This document shows positions 12,855 through 26,935 of a stretch of DNA of 64,000 nt, in pieces. The notes under the pieces are model-generated. The model was not told where the DNA came from. It saw nothing but the letters and a program-made list of their open reading frames with translations, and did no database searches. The stretch comes from Octopus sinensis (taxonomy: Eukaryota), in assembly GCF_006345805.1 (NCBI RefSeq), contig NC_043000.1, positions 136,896,001-136,960,000 of the forward strand, read 5' to 3'. A program made the translations under genes and the position numbers. Each line of letters opens with the position of its first letter. Within the stretch, counting starts at the first letter, position 1.

Positions 12855-14046
12855 ATACATTCATAACTATATGAATACATGTACTTATATATACATATAT
12901 ACATACATGTACAGCAATATTTATGTAGATCTGTACGTATGCATAGTTGGTGCTGGGGATTATTCATAATACACAACAAACACCATCTCCAGTATTAATA
13001 CCAGATTAGTTTTTCTTTAAATTTGGTTATTCAGTTGATTACATACATTGAAGAAGAATTTTATTCAAGTTCGCAGTGATATTTTTTCAAACTTGAACTC
13101 ACTGCACTGGGGTTTACAACAAGTAGAATGGCTATACACAATGATATCTGAACTTCCAATGCCGGATCGATGGAAGATATCAAGAAACATAAACAAGGTA
13201 TTTTTAATTGTATTTATAGAAGAAACCGAAGCTACGAAAGTGGTTTTCTTGCTGTTATGAACTCAATAATGACATATCTAATTGTAGCAAAAAGGAAAAA
13301 GAAGACTCTTTTGGTGGCTATTTGGAAGCGAAATGAAGAAATTTGGAACAAACTATATCTAAAACTGAATTATTTTACAGCAAAATAATTACTCCAATAA
13401 ACGTCAGTTGCACGACGCAAAAGAGTAGTCGTTTATTGTGCTTTTCCCCAAAAAAATGATAATTTTATTCTCATGCCGGTATCTACCTCGTGTATACAGG
13501 TGATGTAAACGTATATGTTAAAAGTATGATTGCTATGAAGAGAAGAATCCTTTTTACAATATTCTCGAATAATCTAGGGGAGGATTTGAGCCTGTATAGG
13601 AGTTTGTACATAATTGTAATACGAAGGAGGACAACAAACCCATTTAGCAACATTTCTATAACTAGATTCATTGTTATACTCTCAACAGATGAAGGGGTTC
13701 TCTCTGCTCTATATTATTTCCATTGTTTTTTTTTATTTTCCAAAGCAAATGTAACTGAGAGTGTGGCGAAAGAAAGAGGACGAAAATTGTGAAAGAAAAG
13801 AGAATTAGTATGAGTGTGACGAGGAAAACAAAGAGACAGTAGAGTGAGAGTAATAGAAAAGAAACAGTAATAGTTACGTGTTAATAAGAAAAATGAATAG
13901 TACAAGGAAACCATGATGGGATAACAATGAAGGTAGGTCATGGTAAGCAAGTTATGAAGAGTAATAGAGTTGCACATTGAGGGAAGGAAGATTGAATATG
14001 AGCAGATAAAATACCATCCTTCGTTAAAAAGAAGGATTATATGAAA

Positions 14047-14444
14047 CTAGCAGTATCGCCCGGCGTTGCTCGGGTTTGTAAGGGAAATAACTATATAAGC
14101 ATTTTTAGAGAGTTATAGCCAAAAAATAGCAAATAAATGCATTAAATATGGGAAAAAAATTATGGTAAATTTTTTTTTAAATCGTTGCCTCATCGTAGAC
14201 ATTTTTAGAGAGTTACTTCCCTTATATAATAGCGAAAAAATGCATTAAAATGGAAAAAAATTATGGTAATTTTTTTTTTAAATCGTAAACTCATCGTAGA
14301 CGCGCGCTAATACCCAGAAGGGCTCGATATGAATCACGACTATAAGATACCCGGTTTTGGTTAAACTGCACCGCAAAATGTGGGAGTAGTTAGGAATCTA
14401 AATCGTAGGAGACAGACACACAACCTCACTTTTATATATAAAGA
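14047..14444 (-). mobile_element. Non-autonomous Helitron
   Basis: Minus strand starts A|TC, ends with hairpin cccgagcaacgccggg and CTAG|T; no TSD; internal ~100-bp direct duplication (14100-14301). Confidence 0.88.
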
Positions 14445-16563
14445 TATGTTAATATCTATTGTATTTAATTGAGATTATATAAATAGTATCAGCGGAACAA
14501 AAAGGTACTGTTATCAGAAAGTGGGTTGTGATAGTAGTTAAAGGTTGAATAAGAAACATTTCAGATCCAGTGGCTAGGACAAGTCTAAGAAAGCTGGGCC
14601 TCAAAGATACCATGATATATAATGAAAAGCTATTGAAATATTCCGTAGTGCTGATACCATAGGGAAACAGGTGTTAAAATGATGAAAATGATGATGGTCG
14701 TTTACCTACACATATGTATATTGTGGCAAACTATCTTGTTTACACACACACACACACATACACACACACATTTGTATATATATATACATGTAAAACCCAA
14801 TATGGCATTATATATATATATATGCACCTACACAAATGGATACACATAATCATATATTAACACCTTCTCACACACATCATATGAGTGTGCACATATATGT
14901 ATATATAATTTGAATTTTCTTAATTAACTATTGATAACTTTAATTAAAATTATACAAGAGGACAATCTTGTTGATTGTCTTATTTTTCAATGAAACATAC
15001 ATAGCATTGAAGGAATAATCTAATTAAACTAGTTTTCTTCTCTCTATTTTAACATGTTACAAATTTCAACGTAGTTTTGATCATGTTTTCATTTTGTGAA
15101 TTGTCTTAGGTTATTTTATCGTTGCTGTTCTTCTTTCAATGCCATCATTGTTGTTGCTACTGTTGCTTTAGTTTTTGGTTGTTGTTTTTATTTCTTTCTT
15201 CATTCTTCCACAAATTATATTTTATTAATTTTGTTTTTTTTGGCATATCTTTTTTTTTTTAATTTTCTATCATGTATTTTTTTTTTGTTTTTTTTTGTTC
15301 CACCAGTCGTGTTAGTTATTTATTTGTTGCTTTTGTATATATCAATAAGCCAGCAACTCATTTTCTGTTAACAAAGATTGATCATTTCACGTTTATGATG
15401 ATGATGATGATGATGACAGCAATGATGCTGGAAAAGTCGATGATGATCACTTAAATTAAGAATCAGAAGAATTATGATGATTATATGGTGGAGGTGGCAG
15501 AAGGGAGGAGAAAAAGAAGGAGGAGTATGAAGATGAGTAGAGGGAGGAATACGATGGTAATAATGACACCAGCATCAGTGATGATACAAAGATACTGACA
15601 GTAATAAAAATAATAGTATTGAGAACTGATTTCATCTCAACTTGTGGCTTACTAATAATATTTAACATGTTTTTTACTATATGAACGCTGCTGGTACCCT
15701 GTAACCCAATGTGTCTAATGTTATTCCTATCAATTTGTCATGAGGGAAGAGCAGGGACCATTAGCCTTTATAGAGTCTCCTAAACTGGTGGGAAAGAGGA
15801 GGGAAACTATCCTCAAATGAGGGACCAGACCTAAATTCTTGTACGTACCAGAGTGGAATTCAGTAAAATCCCCCAGGGACCAGATGATAGTGCTATATCA
15901 GGCAATGTCTGGTCAAAGAGTTAGCAATTGACTTTGCCCCATCCAGTTTTTACAGAATGAGAAATGTGTGGACGCCCAGAAGACGAATCACAAGTAAAAT
16001 TAGCCCAAGAATGGAAGAGGTTCATACAGATAAGCTAACAGCCAACTACAATTTCAAGAAGAGACTAATACTACCAGGTTACCTACTTTATCTACTCTTT
16101 GAAACATGCCTTGCTGGGTATCTACAATGTAAAGAGGCTGTAGTTTATGGATAGTTTCAGAGTGTTAAAAATAGCAATGCATTAAAAGTTAAAATGCAAG
16201 GAATACTGGGTTTTTTTTTAAAGCTTCATTATGATCATTAATAATTATCTCCCTCAGCATGTCAGTTAGATCTGTCAAAACCTCTTATTGATCATATTAT
16301 TGAAATCTATTAAGATGTCCAAATAGGTTCATGCTATCCAGGTTCTAAAAAGCCAGGATCATGTTTTAATATGTTCTGGTAAAAGTCTCATTCTGTTTCT
16401 AAGTTTTATTTCCCTATTTCTCAGCCTTAATAAAGTCATCTTATATCAATATACAGTAGGTTACATGCTAAAAGTTGTTGCATTCCCATTTTTTAGTCCT
16501 GACTAAGCAGTCCTACAATTCAAAAGCATTCCAACTGTGACCATTCCATATTTTTGTATATCA

Positions 16564-17004
16564 TCTCTCTATATATAAACGGCAGTTTGTCTGTCTGTGT
16601 GTGTGTGTGTGTCTGTCAGGTTGTACCTTCACCCTGACCACAGCTTTCAACCGATTCTGATGAAACTTGACACACACATAGCCCAATGTCATAATTCAAA
16701 ACTAACGCAGTGAAAATTTTGAAATGTTCCCCTAGTTCTGAAAAACAATCGATAAATTCGACATTGGCTCGAGAATCTAAGCTTTTTATATACAACACAT
16801 TTTCTGTCTAGGGGACACACTCGACCATTTTATCACCAAAAGGAACAGCTGGGAACATCGTATACACAGAAGTATTCGAGTGAAGAGAAGACATTGCAAC
16901 CTACACATGCGCCTTCGTTCCCTAGAAGGAAAGGACTACATTGGGATTAGTCATTGCCTACTAGGGGCTCTTACATACCCGGGCAACGCCGGGCTATGCT
17001 GCTA

Positions 17005-17005
<1 letters not shown>
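16564..17005 (+). mobile_element. Non-autonomous Helitron
   Basis: A|TC start (tctctctatatataaacggc), 3' hairpin cccgggcaacgccggg, CTAG|T at 17002-17006. Confidence 0.88.
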
Positions 17006-17056
<51 letters not shown>

Positions 17057-17130
17057 TAGCAGCATAGCCCGGCGTTGCCCGGGTATGTAAGAGCCCTAGT
17101 AGGCAATGACTAATCCCAATGTAGTCCTTT
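16930..17130. repeat. Near-perfect palindrome of the Helitron 3' end centred on (TA)n
   Basis: 16930-17005 is the reverse complement of 17056-17130 except for one G/C indel; centre is ~50 bp of (TA)n. Confidence 0.95.
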
Positions 17131-17467
17131 ATATATATATTAAGATAAAACTTACTTAGAAATGGATGCATGCGTTCCGTCATATAATAACAAATTAATA
17201 AATAAAACATATGCATATATACATACATATATGTATGTACCTACATCTATATGTATATATAAATGCATATATGGGTACAGGACGCCAAAAAAAAACGTCG
17301 AACACAATGAGAAATGAAAACATAAACACAAAACCAAGGAAATGGACATTTATTGTTCAAAGATGTTTCATATTCTATAAATATTTAGTAAAGCTCGCGC
17401 TAGTGGTAAACAATTAATTGGTCTGTAGCTGCCCACGTCATTGTCGTGATGCTGGTTGAGATGGTGG

Positions 17468-17514
17468 AAGTAGTAGTAGTAGTAGTAGTAGTAGCAGCAG
17501 CAGCAGCAGCAGCG

Positions 17515-17549
<35 letters not shown>

Positions 17550-17582
17550 GGTGGTGGTGGTGGTAGTAGTAGTAGTAGTAGT
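17468..17582. repeat. Compound trinucleotide microsatellite (GTA)n(GCA)n(GTA)n(GTG)n(GTA)n
   Basis: Read directly. Confidence 0.95.
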
Positions 17583-18085
17583 GACATTTATTACTGGAGA
17601 GATGATCGTTACCATTTTTCAACATCATCAAATTCATAACTTTCTAACGGTTTTTAAAAATACTTTTTTCAGATATCATGTAGGATATGTTAAGAAGAAA
17701 TTTATGAGTCTTGTATATCATTTCTTAGTAATGAACTTGTCACGGTCGAAGAAGAACTATTGGCTGACACACAAAATTGTTCAATCTGATAATAGCTTTT
17801 TAATTAGCTGAGAACCAAATATAGAAACAATTTAAAACAATATGACTGGTTTTGATTTAATATAACATATGAATTGTTATTTTGTTTACACATTCGTTTT
17901 TAGCTGTTAGCTGTTTCAAATGTCCAGTTATGGGTAAGATTATGGCAGTAAAGAAAATTATCAAAAATTATGCTTAATGCAAACACTCACCTTGTTTTTT
18001 ATTACAAGAAAAAATATCGAATAATATAAGATTCATGAGTTCAGATCCTACTCTAGGTATTTCCTTCTGCCTTTGGTACAGGTAA

Positions 18086-18430
18086 TCTATATATATAAAA
18101 CTGAAGTTGTCTGTGTCTGCGGCACAAGTTGACCAAAATTGAGAGTATGGTAGAAGAAGGCTTGCTCTTCATTCTGTAGAAGATAAAATTCAAATCGGAC
18201 CATGTTAACACCAAAAATTATTTACATCAAAAAGGTGCCTTTTTTTCTATGAATATCCCGATTTTTTACGATTTTTTAAAATGCTGTGTCGCCATTTTTC
18301 GGTGTATTTCAACCAGAAAAATGTTCACTTAGAGAGAATAACAAGCTACATAATGCAAAATTTTTACTTTTCAAAATTTCCAATTCTAAAGGGTCAAAAC
18401 AACCTGAGCAATGCCGGGCAATACTGCTAG
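18086..18430 (+). mobile_element. Non-autonomous Helitron
   Basis: A|TCTATATATATAAAACTGAAG start (similar to the 5' end of the 14444 element), subterminal cctgagcaatgccggg, CTAG|T at 18427-18431. Confidence 0.85.
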
Positions 18431-18815
18431 TTAATTTATAAAGTTATTGTCTGAGGAAACATTTTTCTCTCTATAATCTACACGTTTAACACCCTAAGCA
18501 ACATCTATCTACAATTTTCAATATTTGCAAATGAATGTAAAATAGGTGTAAATTATAAGCTAAATATATATATTTTGTATCCCACAACCTCAAATGACAC
18601 TACCACACTTCTCAACCCAGTGGAATAAAATCTCTTACCAATATACCTTAATCATGGGCCACACACACTCAGTGTCTTTTCTACCAATGTTCAATAGCTT
18701 CTGTTCCTTAAAGACATCTGCTCTCAAGCCACCTGACTTGTCTGTCTCCACTCAGCCATTTCATACCTGCCCTTCAAGGTCCTCTGTTGCAGGCTTTCAT
18801 CCTAGAATGAGAGCG

Positions 18816-19076
18816 CTCTCTTTTACTCTCTTTTACTTGTTTCAGTCATTTGACTGTGGTCATGCTGGAGCACCACCTTTAGCCGAATAAAATCGACTCC
18901 AGGACTTATGCTTTGTAAGCCTAGTACTTATTCTATCATCTCTTTTTGCTGAACCGCTATGTGACAGGGATATAGACACACCAGCATCGGTTGTCAAGCA
19001 ATGGTGGGGGAGGGGACAATAACAAACACAAACATATATATATAGATATATATACAACACAGCCACTCCTGTGCCT
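18816..19076 (-). mobile_element. SINE family A, internally deleted
   Basis: Tail and 3' body present; only the first ~20 nt of the head (cacagccactcctgtgcc) remain after the microsatellite. Confidence 0.8.
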
Positions 19077-19629
19077 ATCTAGAATTTCTTCCTTGCTCAT
19101 ATTTTTCTTTTTAAATTATTCTGCAGCTGTTCATGAAGAACTTCAATACCACTGCTCTAGTAGGACCTGTAAAAATTGTAGGCATAGATTTTTACTCCTT
19201 GCTTAAGTCTAAACTATTTTAACAAAAATAATCCGAGACCAGTTTTAAATTAAAGTCTCTCAGTGAATTATTACTACCATCAACAAAGATTTGAACATGA
19301 CATAATCTCATTTTGTTGCTCTTTTTATATTTAAATATTCAATATCAAATTTTTCAGTAATCATTGCAGAGAAATCACAATGTGACCAATTGGATACAGA
19401 TGACTTTTTATAGATTTTGAATCAAATTGCCTATATCAGATGTTTTTGAAGTAGATGATTTGAAATGTGCATATACAGCTGTCTGATGGCTTACACAGTT
19501 GATTAGATTCACAAGTCACCACGTGAATGAAGAGAGAATAAAATGGAGAAGATGTGTTTTAATAATATTAGAAATAAAAGTAAAACAAAATTTAAGCTTT
19601 TGACGAAATAGAGAGGTATATAGCATGAA

Positions 19630-20648
19630 ATGATGTGGAAGAAAACTGGAGATTTCTATGGGACAACCTGTTGAGGGCTACTGGCCAGATATGTGGATGG
19701 TGCAAAGTCCACTCTCAACCCAAGGTAACGTGGTGGTGTAGTTGACAGGGCCTTTAGGGAAAAGAAACAGGCATGGAAGGACTGGAAGAACTGTGGTAGC
19801 AGGGAATTGTATCAGACTGCCAGAAGGGAAGCTAGGAGACGAGTTTATTTAGCCAGAGGGGAAGCAGATAAGTAATGTGGATGTGTAATGTCAGTGTGCA
19901 TACACCCTGAGAGAAAAGTTGGGCTTAAGAAGCATTAGATGTAGTGTGCAAGAGAGACGACTGCACTGGTATGGTCATGTGTTTCAAATGGATGAGGACA
20001 GCTGTGTGAAAAAGCGTCACACCCTAACAGCTGAAGGAACCTGTGGGAGAGGTGGACTCAGGAAGACATAGGATGAGATGGTGAATGACAACCTTTGCAC
20101 CGAGGCAATGACAAGTGACCAAGACCTTTGGAGATATGCTGTGCTTGAGAAGATCTGGCAAGCCAAGTGAGACCATAACTGTGGCCTATGTCAGTGCAGC
20201 ATAATCATCCCATTTAAGAGTACCCTTCAATTATTAGGCAATAAACTGTGCTTGTGAAGACCTGTTGAGGCAGCTGAAATTGTTGTCGTAGCCAATGACA
20301 GTACTCCCTGATTGGCACCCATGCCAGTGACATGTAAAAAGCATCTTTCATGCATGATCATTGCCAGTGTCGCCTGACTGGTTTCTTTGCCAGTAGCATG
20401 TAAAAAGCACCCTTTGAGCATGATCGATACCAGTACCACCTGACTGGCCCTCATGCCGGTGGCACATAAAAAAGCAACCACTACACTCTCGGAGTGGTTG
20501 CCGTTAAGATGGGCATCCAGCTGTAGAAACTCCACAAGATCAGATTGGCGCCTGGTGCAGCCTTTTGGCTTGCCAGCCCTCAGTCAAACCATCCAACCCA
20601 TGCCAGCATGGAAAGCAGATGTTAAACGATGATGATGCTGATGATGAT
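19630..20648 (+). mobile_element. RTE-clade LINE remnant with 3' UTR (repeat E) and (GAT)n tail
   Basis: NWRFLWDNLLRATGQICGWCK...REKKQAWKDWK...ARREARRRVYLAR, then LREKLGLRSIRCSVQERRLHWYGHVFQMDEDSCVKK...GRGGLRKT (RTE C-terminal RLxWxGHV motif); 3' UTR with ~65-bp repeats; tail gttaaacgatgatgatg. Confidence 0.85.
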
Positions 20649-20699
20649 TTAATAAAATGAAGGCAATAAATAAGATTACAATATGCATGTCTATATATG

Positions 20700-21594
20700 T
20701 TTGTTTGAATGAGGGATTATCTTTTATCCAAAATAATAGCACTGTTACCCTTGTTTCCATAATGTTACCATGTGTATATGGTCTATGTCTTAAAATTATG
20801 GAAGCTCCAGCTAATATATAGGCTCTATGTTTTTCTGTGTTCCTCTTAATTGTCCTAACTGATGATCCATCTATATCACACTGCTTTGCAGTTTTTGTTG
20901 AACGTTTACCATTTTGAAGTTGATTTAATACATTAATTTTCAGAGATGTTGACTTTCTTGACATTAGAAAATCTTCATTCTCATAAATATTTTTAAAAAA
21001 TATAAAATAACTATAACTTTTGCATTAGTTTAGAGTGTGGTCCACATCACTACCACAAAAGTGAAACAAAGTAATATGAAAGGAAAATGTAAACCAAAAT
21101 GGAAATGATAAATTTCTAAATTACTAACAATAACTCTGAGCACCTTTTCAAACTCCACCTGTCTAACACCCGTGGATATGTTTACAAAGTCAAAAAACAG
21201 CACAGCTCCTATGACTTTCGGAAACATTTCTTCACGCTAAGAGTTGCTGAAGCATGGAACAAACTGCCAGCATCAGTTGTTAGTTGTTGGAGCACTGCAT
21301 TCTTCAAAACTTCCATGCTTCCTGAGATTCGCCAACACTACACCTGATTTTCTCCCCTCCATACACACGCAAGCATGTATCTGACTCGTACACCGCTCAC
21401 TTCCCAGACATTTGTACATTACTGCATATGCTTTATATGCACTTTTCACAAGTTCTGGTGCACCTTAGCACTGTATACAATAAATTCATTATTATATTAT
21501 TATTATATTAAAGTATTGTTTCTGTATACATAAAGTTAAAGAAAAAAACTGACCAAAACCAAACAATGCTACGGTGAAAATCAAGGGACAACTG
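20700..21594 (-). mobile_element. Tigger/pogo-like transposon 5' part (interrupted by CR1)
   Basis: ORF 20964 minus MSRKSTSLKINVLNQLQNGKRSTKTAKQCDIDGSSVRTIKRN...METRVTVLLFWIKD resembles the CENP-B/psq HTH of Tigger transposases; putative TIR CAGTTGTCCCTTG on minus strand starting 21594. Confidence 0.65.
21118..21510 (+). mobile_element. CR1-clade LINE 3' end
   Basis: LSNTRGYVYKVKKQHSSYDFRKHFFTLRVAEAWNKLPASVV...FKT matches the CR1 ORF2 C-terminus (TRGH..K...R..FF..RV...WN.LP..VV); (ATT)n tail ~21487-21510. Confidence 0.88.
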
Positions 21595-22219
21595 TTTGTT
21601 GTATTCAAGTCAGGCATTTAATGGTAGGGATTTCTATTCACCAAATGCTAGTGATATGAACCAGCATCATAACCAGGTTATGAGATATCATCTTTCATCT
21701 TTCATCATGAAATGGCAGCTAAGCTTCAGCACTTTAAATTTGTAGATATTACTAAATATTTGCATTGTTTTATATTGATTATATAAAGTGACAATGCGGA
21801 AAATTAAAATCAATGTAGCGTTTAACTCTAGAGGATATCAGCTTCACCTAATTCAGGTGACAAATTTATAGAGAAAAACATTCAGTGATCCTTTCTAACA
21901 AACAATGTACTTTCTTCCTGGCATGGTTTTCTTCTCAAACAACTCCCCAACACATTTTAGTTTTACATACACATGCACACACACACTCTGAAGTACACAT
22001 ATGCACAGTTATACATTCATACACATGTGCGTATGTGTGTATGTGTGTGTGTGTGTGTGTGTACAAGTGTGTATATAGGGAGTAGGAGAGAGATTTATGT
22101 ATACAATCATATAAATATATATATTTCTATATATATATATATGTATATATTTATACATATATATAGAGAGAGAGTGTTGTGTGTGTATGCAGTGTATGCA
22201 TGCAGCCATATATATGTAC

Positions 22220-22290
<71 letters not shown>

Positions 22291-22600
22291 AATTTATATC
22301 TGTTTACTCATCTAATGGCAGATAGTCACTAGATTGTAACTATATATATATTTAGTTATTATCTATTGTCAACCACCCCTCCAGCACACTATTCCTAAAT
22401 AAACAGGGTGAGTATGGCTGGAATCCCTTTCATAAAAGAATTGCCTACTCAATCAGGGTTAACTTGGAGGTGAACAATCACAAAACAATCCCTATTATTT
22501 GAGAGGAAGCCAGAGTAAGTAAGGAAAAGTTTATGTAATTGCTCAATCTACTCAAAATAATGGCTAAACCTCCTTTAATAAACTCTGTAATATTTTTGTA

Positions 22601-23013
22601 TACTCTTTTGCTCTTTTACTTGTTTCAGGCATTTGACTGCGGCCATGCTGGAGCACCACCTTTTAGTCGAGCAAATCGACCCCGGGACTTATTCTTTGTA
22701 AGCCCAGTACTTATTCTATCGGTCTCTTTTGCCGAACCGCTAGGTAACGGGGACGTAAACACACCAGCATCGGTTGTCAGGCAATGCTAGGGGGACAAAC
22801 ACAGACACACAAACATATACACACACATATATTATATATATACATATATACGACAGGCTTCTTTCAGTTTCCATCTACCAAATCCACTCACAAAGCATTG
22901 GTCGGCCCAGGGCTATAGCAGAAGACACTTGCCCAAGGTGCCACGCAGTGGGACTGAACCCGGGACCATGTGGTTGGTTAGCAAGCTACTTACCACACAG
23001 CCACTCCTGCGCC
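22601..23013 (-). mobile_element. SINE family A, full length
   Basis: Aligns end to end with 8128-8536; head end gccactcctgcgcctaatg is tandemly duplicated (23019-23037). Confidence 0.9.
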
Positions 23014-23613
23014 TAATGGCCACTCCTGCGCCTAATGTATCTTACATTGGCTTATCTTAGATGCTTGACTGTGGGTTAATCCTATTTACTAAAGTGGTTT
23101 CATTAATAACAAGGACTTGGTGAAATAGAGCTGAGATTCTAGCTTTCAATGTTATCTTCATACATCACCTCCTCTTCTTCCTCTACATCCACCTCTCCTC
23201 CTTTCTCAAAGTTGCTATCATCACAATTTACATCCTCATTATTATTGTCATTATCTTCATCAACAAGGATCTGTGAGAGAAGCACATAAATGAAAATAAA
23301 ATAAATGCTTGATGCAAATATTATGCATATCTGATATGATAGAAAACATTCAAAATTAATCTTAATTAATCTAATCATCCAAAATAAGAAAATGAATATG
23401 GATAGATCTTGTAATAATAATGAAGGGTTTCTGCTACAAATACCCAGCTGTGAAAATTCTTCATTCAAATTATCATGGAACTATCTCAAATCACAAATGT
23501 GTACATGTGTTTTTAACATGTAATGGAAACAAGAATAAAAGATGAGAGAATATATATATATATATCCATACACATATATATATATATCATCTTCATCATC
23601 ATGATATATATGT

Positions 23614-23654
<41 letters not shown>

Positions 23655-24260
23655 TGTATGTATGTATGTGTGTGTGAGTGTGTGTATACTAGCTCAGGTA
23701 TCTTTTGTCATACAGTTAAGTTACATGCAAATCAAAAAGTGAAGGGAAAATGTATTATTTAATATTTGCAGGTTTTCTTACAAATTGCAAGATGTTTCAT
23801 CTAAAGCAAAAAAAAAAAAAAGCACAGAAAAGCTGATGATTCTACCTGCAGCTTTGCTGTTTTCTAGGTGAAACATTTTGCAAATTATAAGTAAAATTTG
23901 AAATACAATTGAATATACATATGCATATATGCACATATGTGCATATACGATTATGCATGTATATATGGTTGCATATGCATGTATGTACAGTAAAAGAGGT
24001 GTGACAAAGCAAAAGAATGTAAAAAAAGACTGAATGATAATTTCGAAAAGAATTATTAGCTTAGCACTCAAAGAAATGGAAGTAGTTAATTATGACATTT
24101 CAGAAAATCGGTGTAGAGTGGGAAAAGGAACGAAAGACAAGGGAAAAAATTAAAAGAGCAATCGAGGTGAAAATACCTATGCGATCTTGTGTCTCAATAC
24201 ACACCCAAACTGTCACTCACGAATAAAATATGGTCTCTCTCTCTTTCTCACATGAACACA

Positions 24261-24482
<222 letters not shown>

Positions 24483-24634
24483 GATACACAGCCACATGCA
24501 TACGCACACATTCACACACACTGACTTTCCATATTTCCTAACAAAAAATTTCTGTCACTGATCTTCAGAGAAAATATATAAGTAGAACATGAAATCCATT
24601 TATTGTAAATATGTAGTAAAAGCAAACCATAAGA

Positions 24635-24665
<31 letters not shown>

Positions 24666-24935
24666 CATATATGCCCTTGTCTACAAGAACCTGTTTGTGT
24701 GCATGCGTAAATATGTATGTGTGTGTGCTTTCGTATCCATTTCTTGTCAGTAATACTTACCATGTTCTTACACATGTTGATTATCTTTCGGCCTTGGCTT
24801 ACAATTGAGATGCAGAGAATGTGCATGTGTAACCTTTCATCTTTCCCTCTTCTCTCCTTCCCAACCTCACTTCATGCATTATTAGCAATGCTTATTCCTT
24901 CTTATTTCTTATATCACACACCTTTTAAAGCTATC

Positions 24936-24997
<62 letters not shown>

Positions 24998-25090
24998 AAT
25001 ATAGGTAGATAGAGAGAGAGAGAGACGGCCGGCCGGCCGGACAGACAGATAGATAGGCAGATAGATAGACTGACAGACACACTGATGGGA

Positions 25091-25143
<53 letters not shown>

Positions 25144-25204
25144 GAGAAAGAGAGAGAGAGACGGCCAGAAAGACAGACAGACAGGCAGATAGAAAGATAG
25201 ATAA

Positions 25205-25270
<66 letters not shown>

Positions 25271-25289
25271 TGATAGATAGTTAGATAGT

Positions 25290-25349
<60 letters not shown>

Positions 25350-25414
25350 GAGATAGATAGACAGATAGATAGACAGACAGATAGATAGACAGACAGATAA
25401 ATTGATAGACAGAC

Positions 25415-25460
<46 letters not shown>

Positions 25461-25490
25461 GTAGACAGACAGACAGACAGACAGATAGTT
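24936..25490. repeat. Compound (GATA)n/(GA)n/(GACA)n microsatellite
   Basis: Read directly. Confidence 0.95.
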
Positions 25491-25974
25491 AGATGTAAAA
25501 GTTAAAGAAACAGGAGTTCCATAATTGGAATTTGAATAACTACTATGATATTTGTTACATATGAAACGTTAGGAAAGTCTTTCCATATTTTTATTGTTCC
25601 ACTTAGAGATTGTATCGGTAAAATATATGTTAGTCAGTCTCTTTCTTTGCCAAAAGTGTTCACTTTTCCAGGTTGTCTTTTAGACTTTTATTAACATAAC
25701 CAAGTGTGCCAATGATTATTGGTATAAATGAAAATTTATGATCAGGGAAGATAAATAGCAGATTTCAAAGCAGACATTCATAGATATTTTTCTAACTTAT
25801 TTCAGAACAGTCATTTATATCCGCAAAGCAGCTGACATCTTTGACTATACAAGACTTTTCTTTCCTACCCTAAATAACTATATCAGGTAGGTTAATTTGC
25901 ACTTGGTTTGAAGTGGTTCGACAGAGTGCCAAGCACCCACCTGTGGGGAAGTGCCAACTAGGAGCCCATACATG

Positions 25975-26236
25975 CTCAGATTAGATGAAGGAAATGGAGA
26001 TGGATCGGACATACACTGTGGAAAGAACCCTCAAATGTGACACGACAAGCACTTGACTGGAACCTGCAGGGGAAAAGGAAGTGAGGACGCTCGAAGCAGA
26101 CATGGAAGCAGAGCATTCGGACAAGCTCAGGACCACCGGCCTGACATGGGAAGCAGCCAAGAAACGTGCCAATGACCACAAAAAGTGGAAAACAACTGTT
26201 GAGGCCCTATGCTCCACAAGGGGCAAAAAGGATTAA
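25975..26236 (+). mobile_element. RTE-clade LINE 3' end
   Basis: [39 protein letters not shown]...LTWEAAKKRANDHKKWKTTVEALCS, the RTE ORF C-terminus; runs directly into (AAG)n. Confidence 0.88.
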
Positions 26237-26655
26237 GAAGGAGAAGAAGAAGAAGAAGAAGAAGAAGAAGAAGAAGAAGAAGAAGAAGAAGAAGAAGAAG
26301 AAGAAGAAGAAGAAGAAGAAGATGATGAAGAAGAAGAAGAAGAAGAAGAAGAAGAAGAAGGGGAAGAAGAAGAAGAAGAAGAAGAAGGGGAAGAAGAAGA
26401 AGTTGAAGAAGAAAAGAAGAAGAAGAAGAAGAAGAAGAAGAAGAAGAAAAGAAGAAGAAGAAGAAGAAGAAGAAGAAGAAGAAGAAGAAGAAGAAGAAGA
26501 AGAAGAAGAAGAAGAAGAAGAAGAAGATGAAGAAGAAGAAGAAGAAGAAGAAGAAGAAGAAGAAGAAGAAGAAGAAGAAGAAGAAGAAGAAGAAGAAGAT
26601 GAAGAAGAAGAAGAAAGAGAAGAAGAAGAAGAAGAAGAAGAAGAAGAAGAAGAAG
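26236..26655. repeat. (GAA)n microsatellite ~420 bp
   Basis: Read directly; explains the poly-K/E/F/L/S ORFs. Confidence 0.95.
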
Positions 26656-26752
26656 CTTTGATGGAAATGTTCCACCTGTATTATGTGTTTCCATTTGAAT
26701 ATATGTATGTATTCAATAGCTGAGGCTGAGACATTATTTATATTTGTCCCAG

Positions 26753-26935
26753 GGAGAAATGCTTAGCAGTATTTCATCTGCCACTACGTTCTGAGTTCAA
26801 ATTCCACCGAGACCGACATTGCCTTTCATCATTTCAAGGTCAATAAATTAAGTACCAGTGAAACACTGGGGCAATATAATCGACTAGTCTCCACCCCACA
26901 AATTTGGGGCCTTGTGCCTCCAGTAGAAAGGATTA
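26753..26935 (+). mobile_element. SINE family B, 5'-truncated, tail variant iii
   Basis: Body gttctgagttcaaattccaccgag...gcctttcatc...aagtaccag; flanking direct repeat tta(t/c)atttgtcccag at 26738-26752 and 26933-26947. Confidence 0.8.

Noticed and set aside
13048-13388. Overlapping 70-72 aa ORFs
   Set aside because: No recognisable motif or clear splice structure.
26127-26723. Poly-K/E/F/L/S ORFs up to 185 aa
   Set aside because: Translation of the (GAA)n tract.
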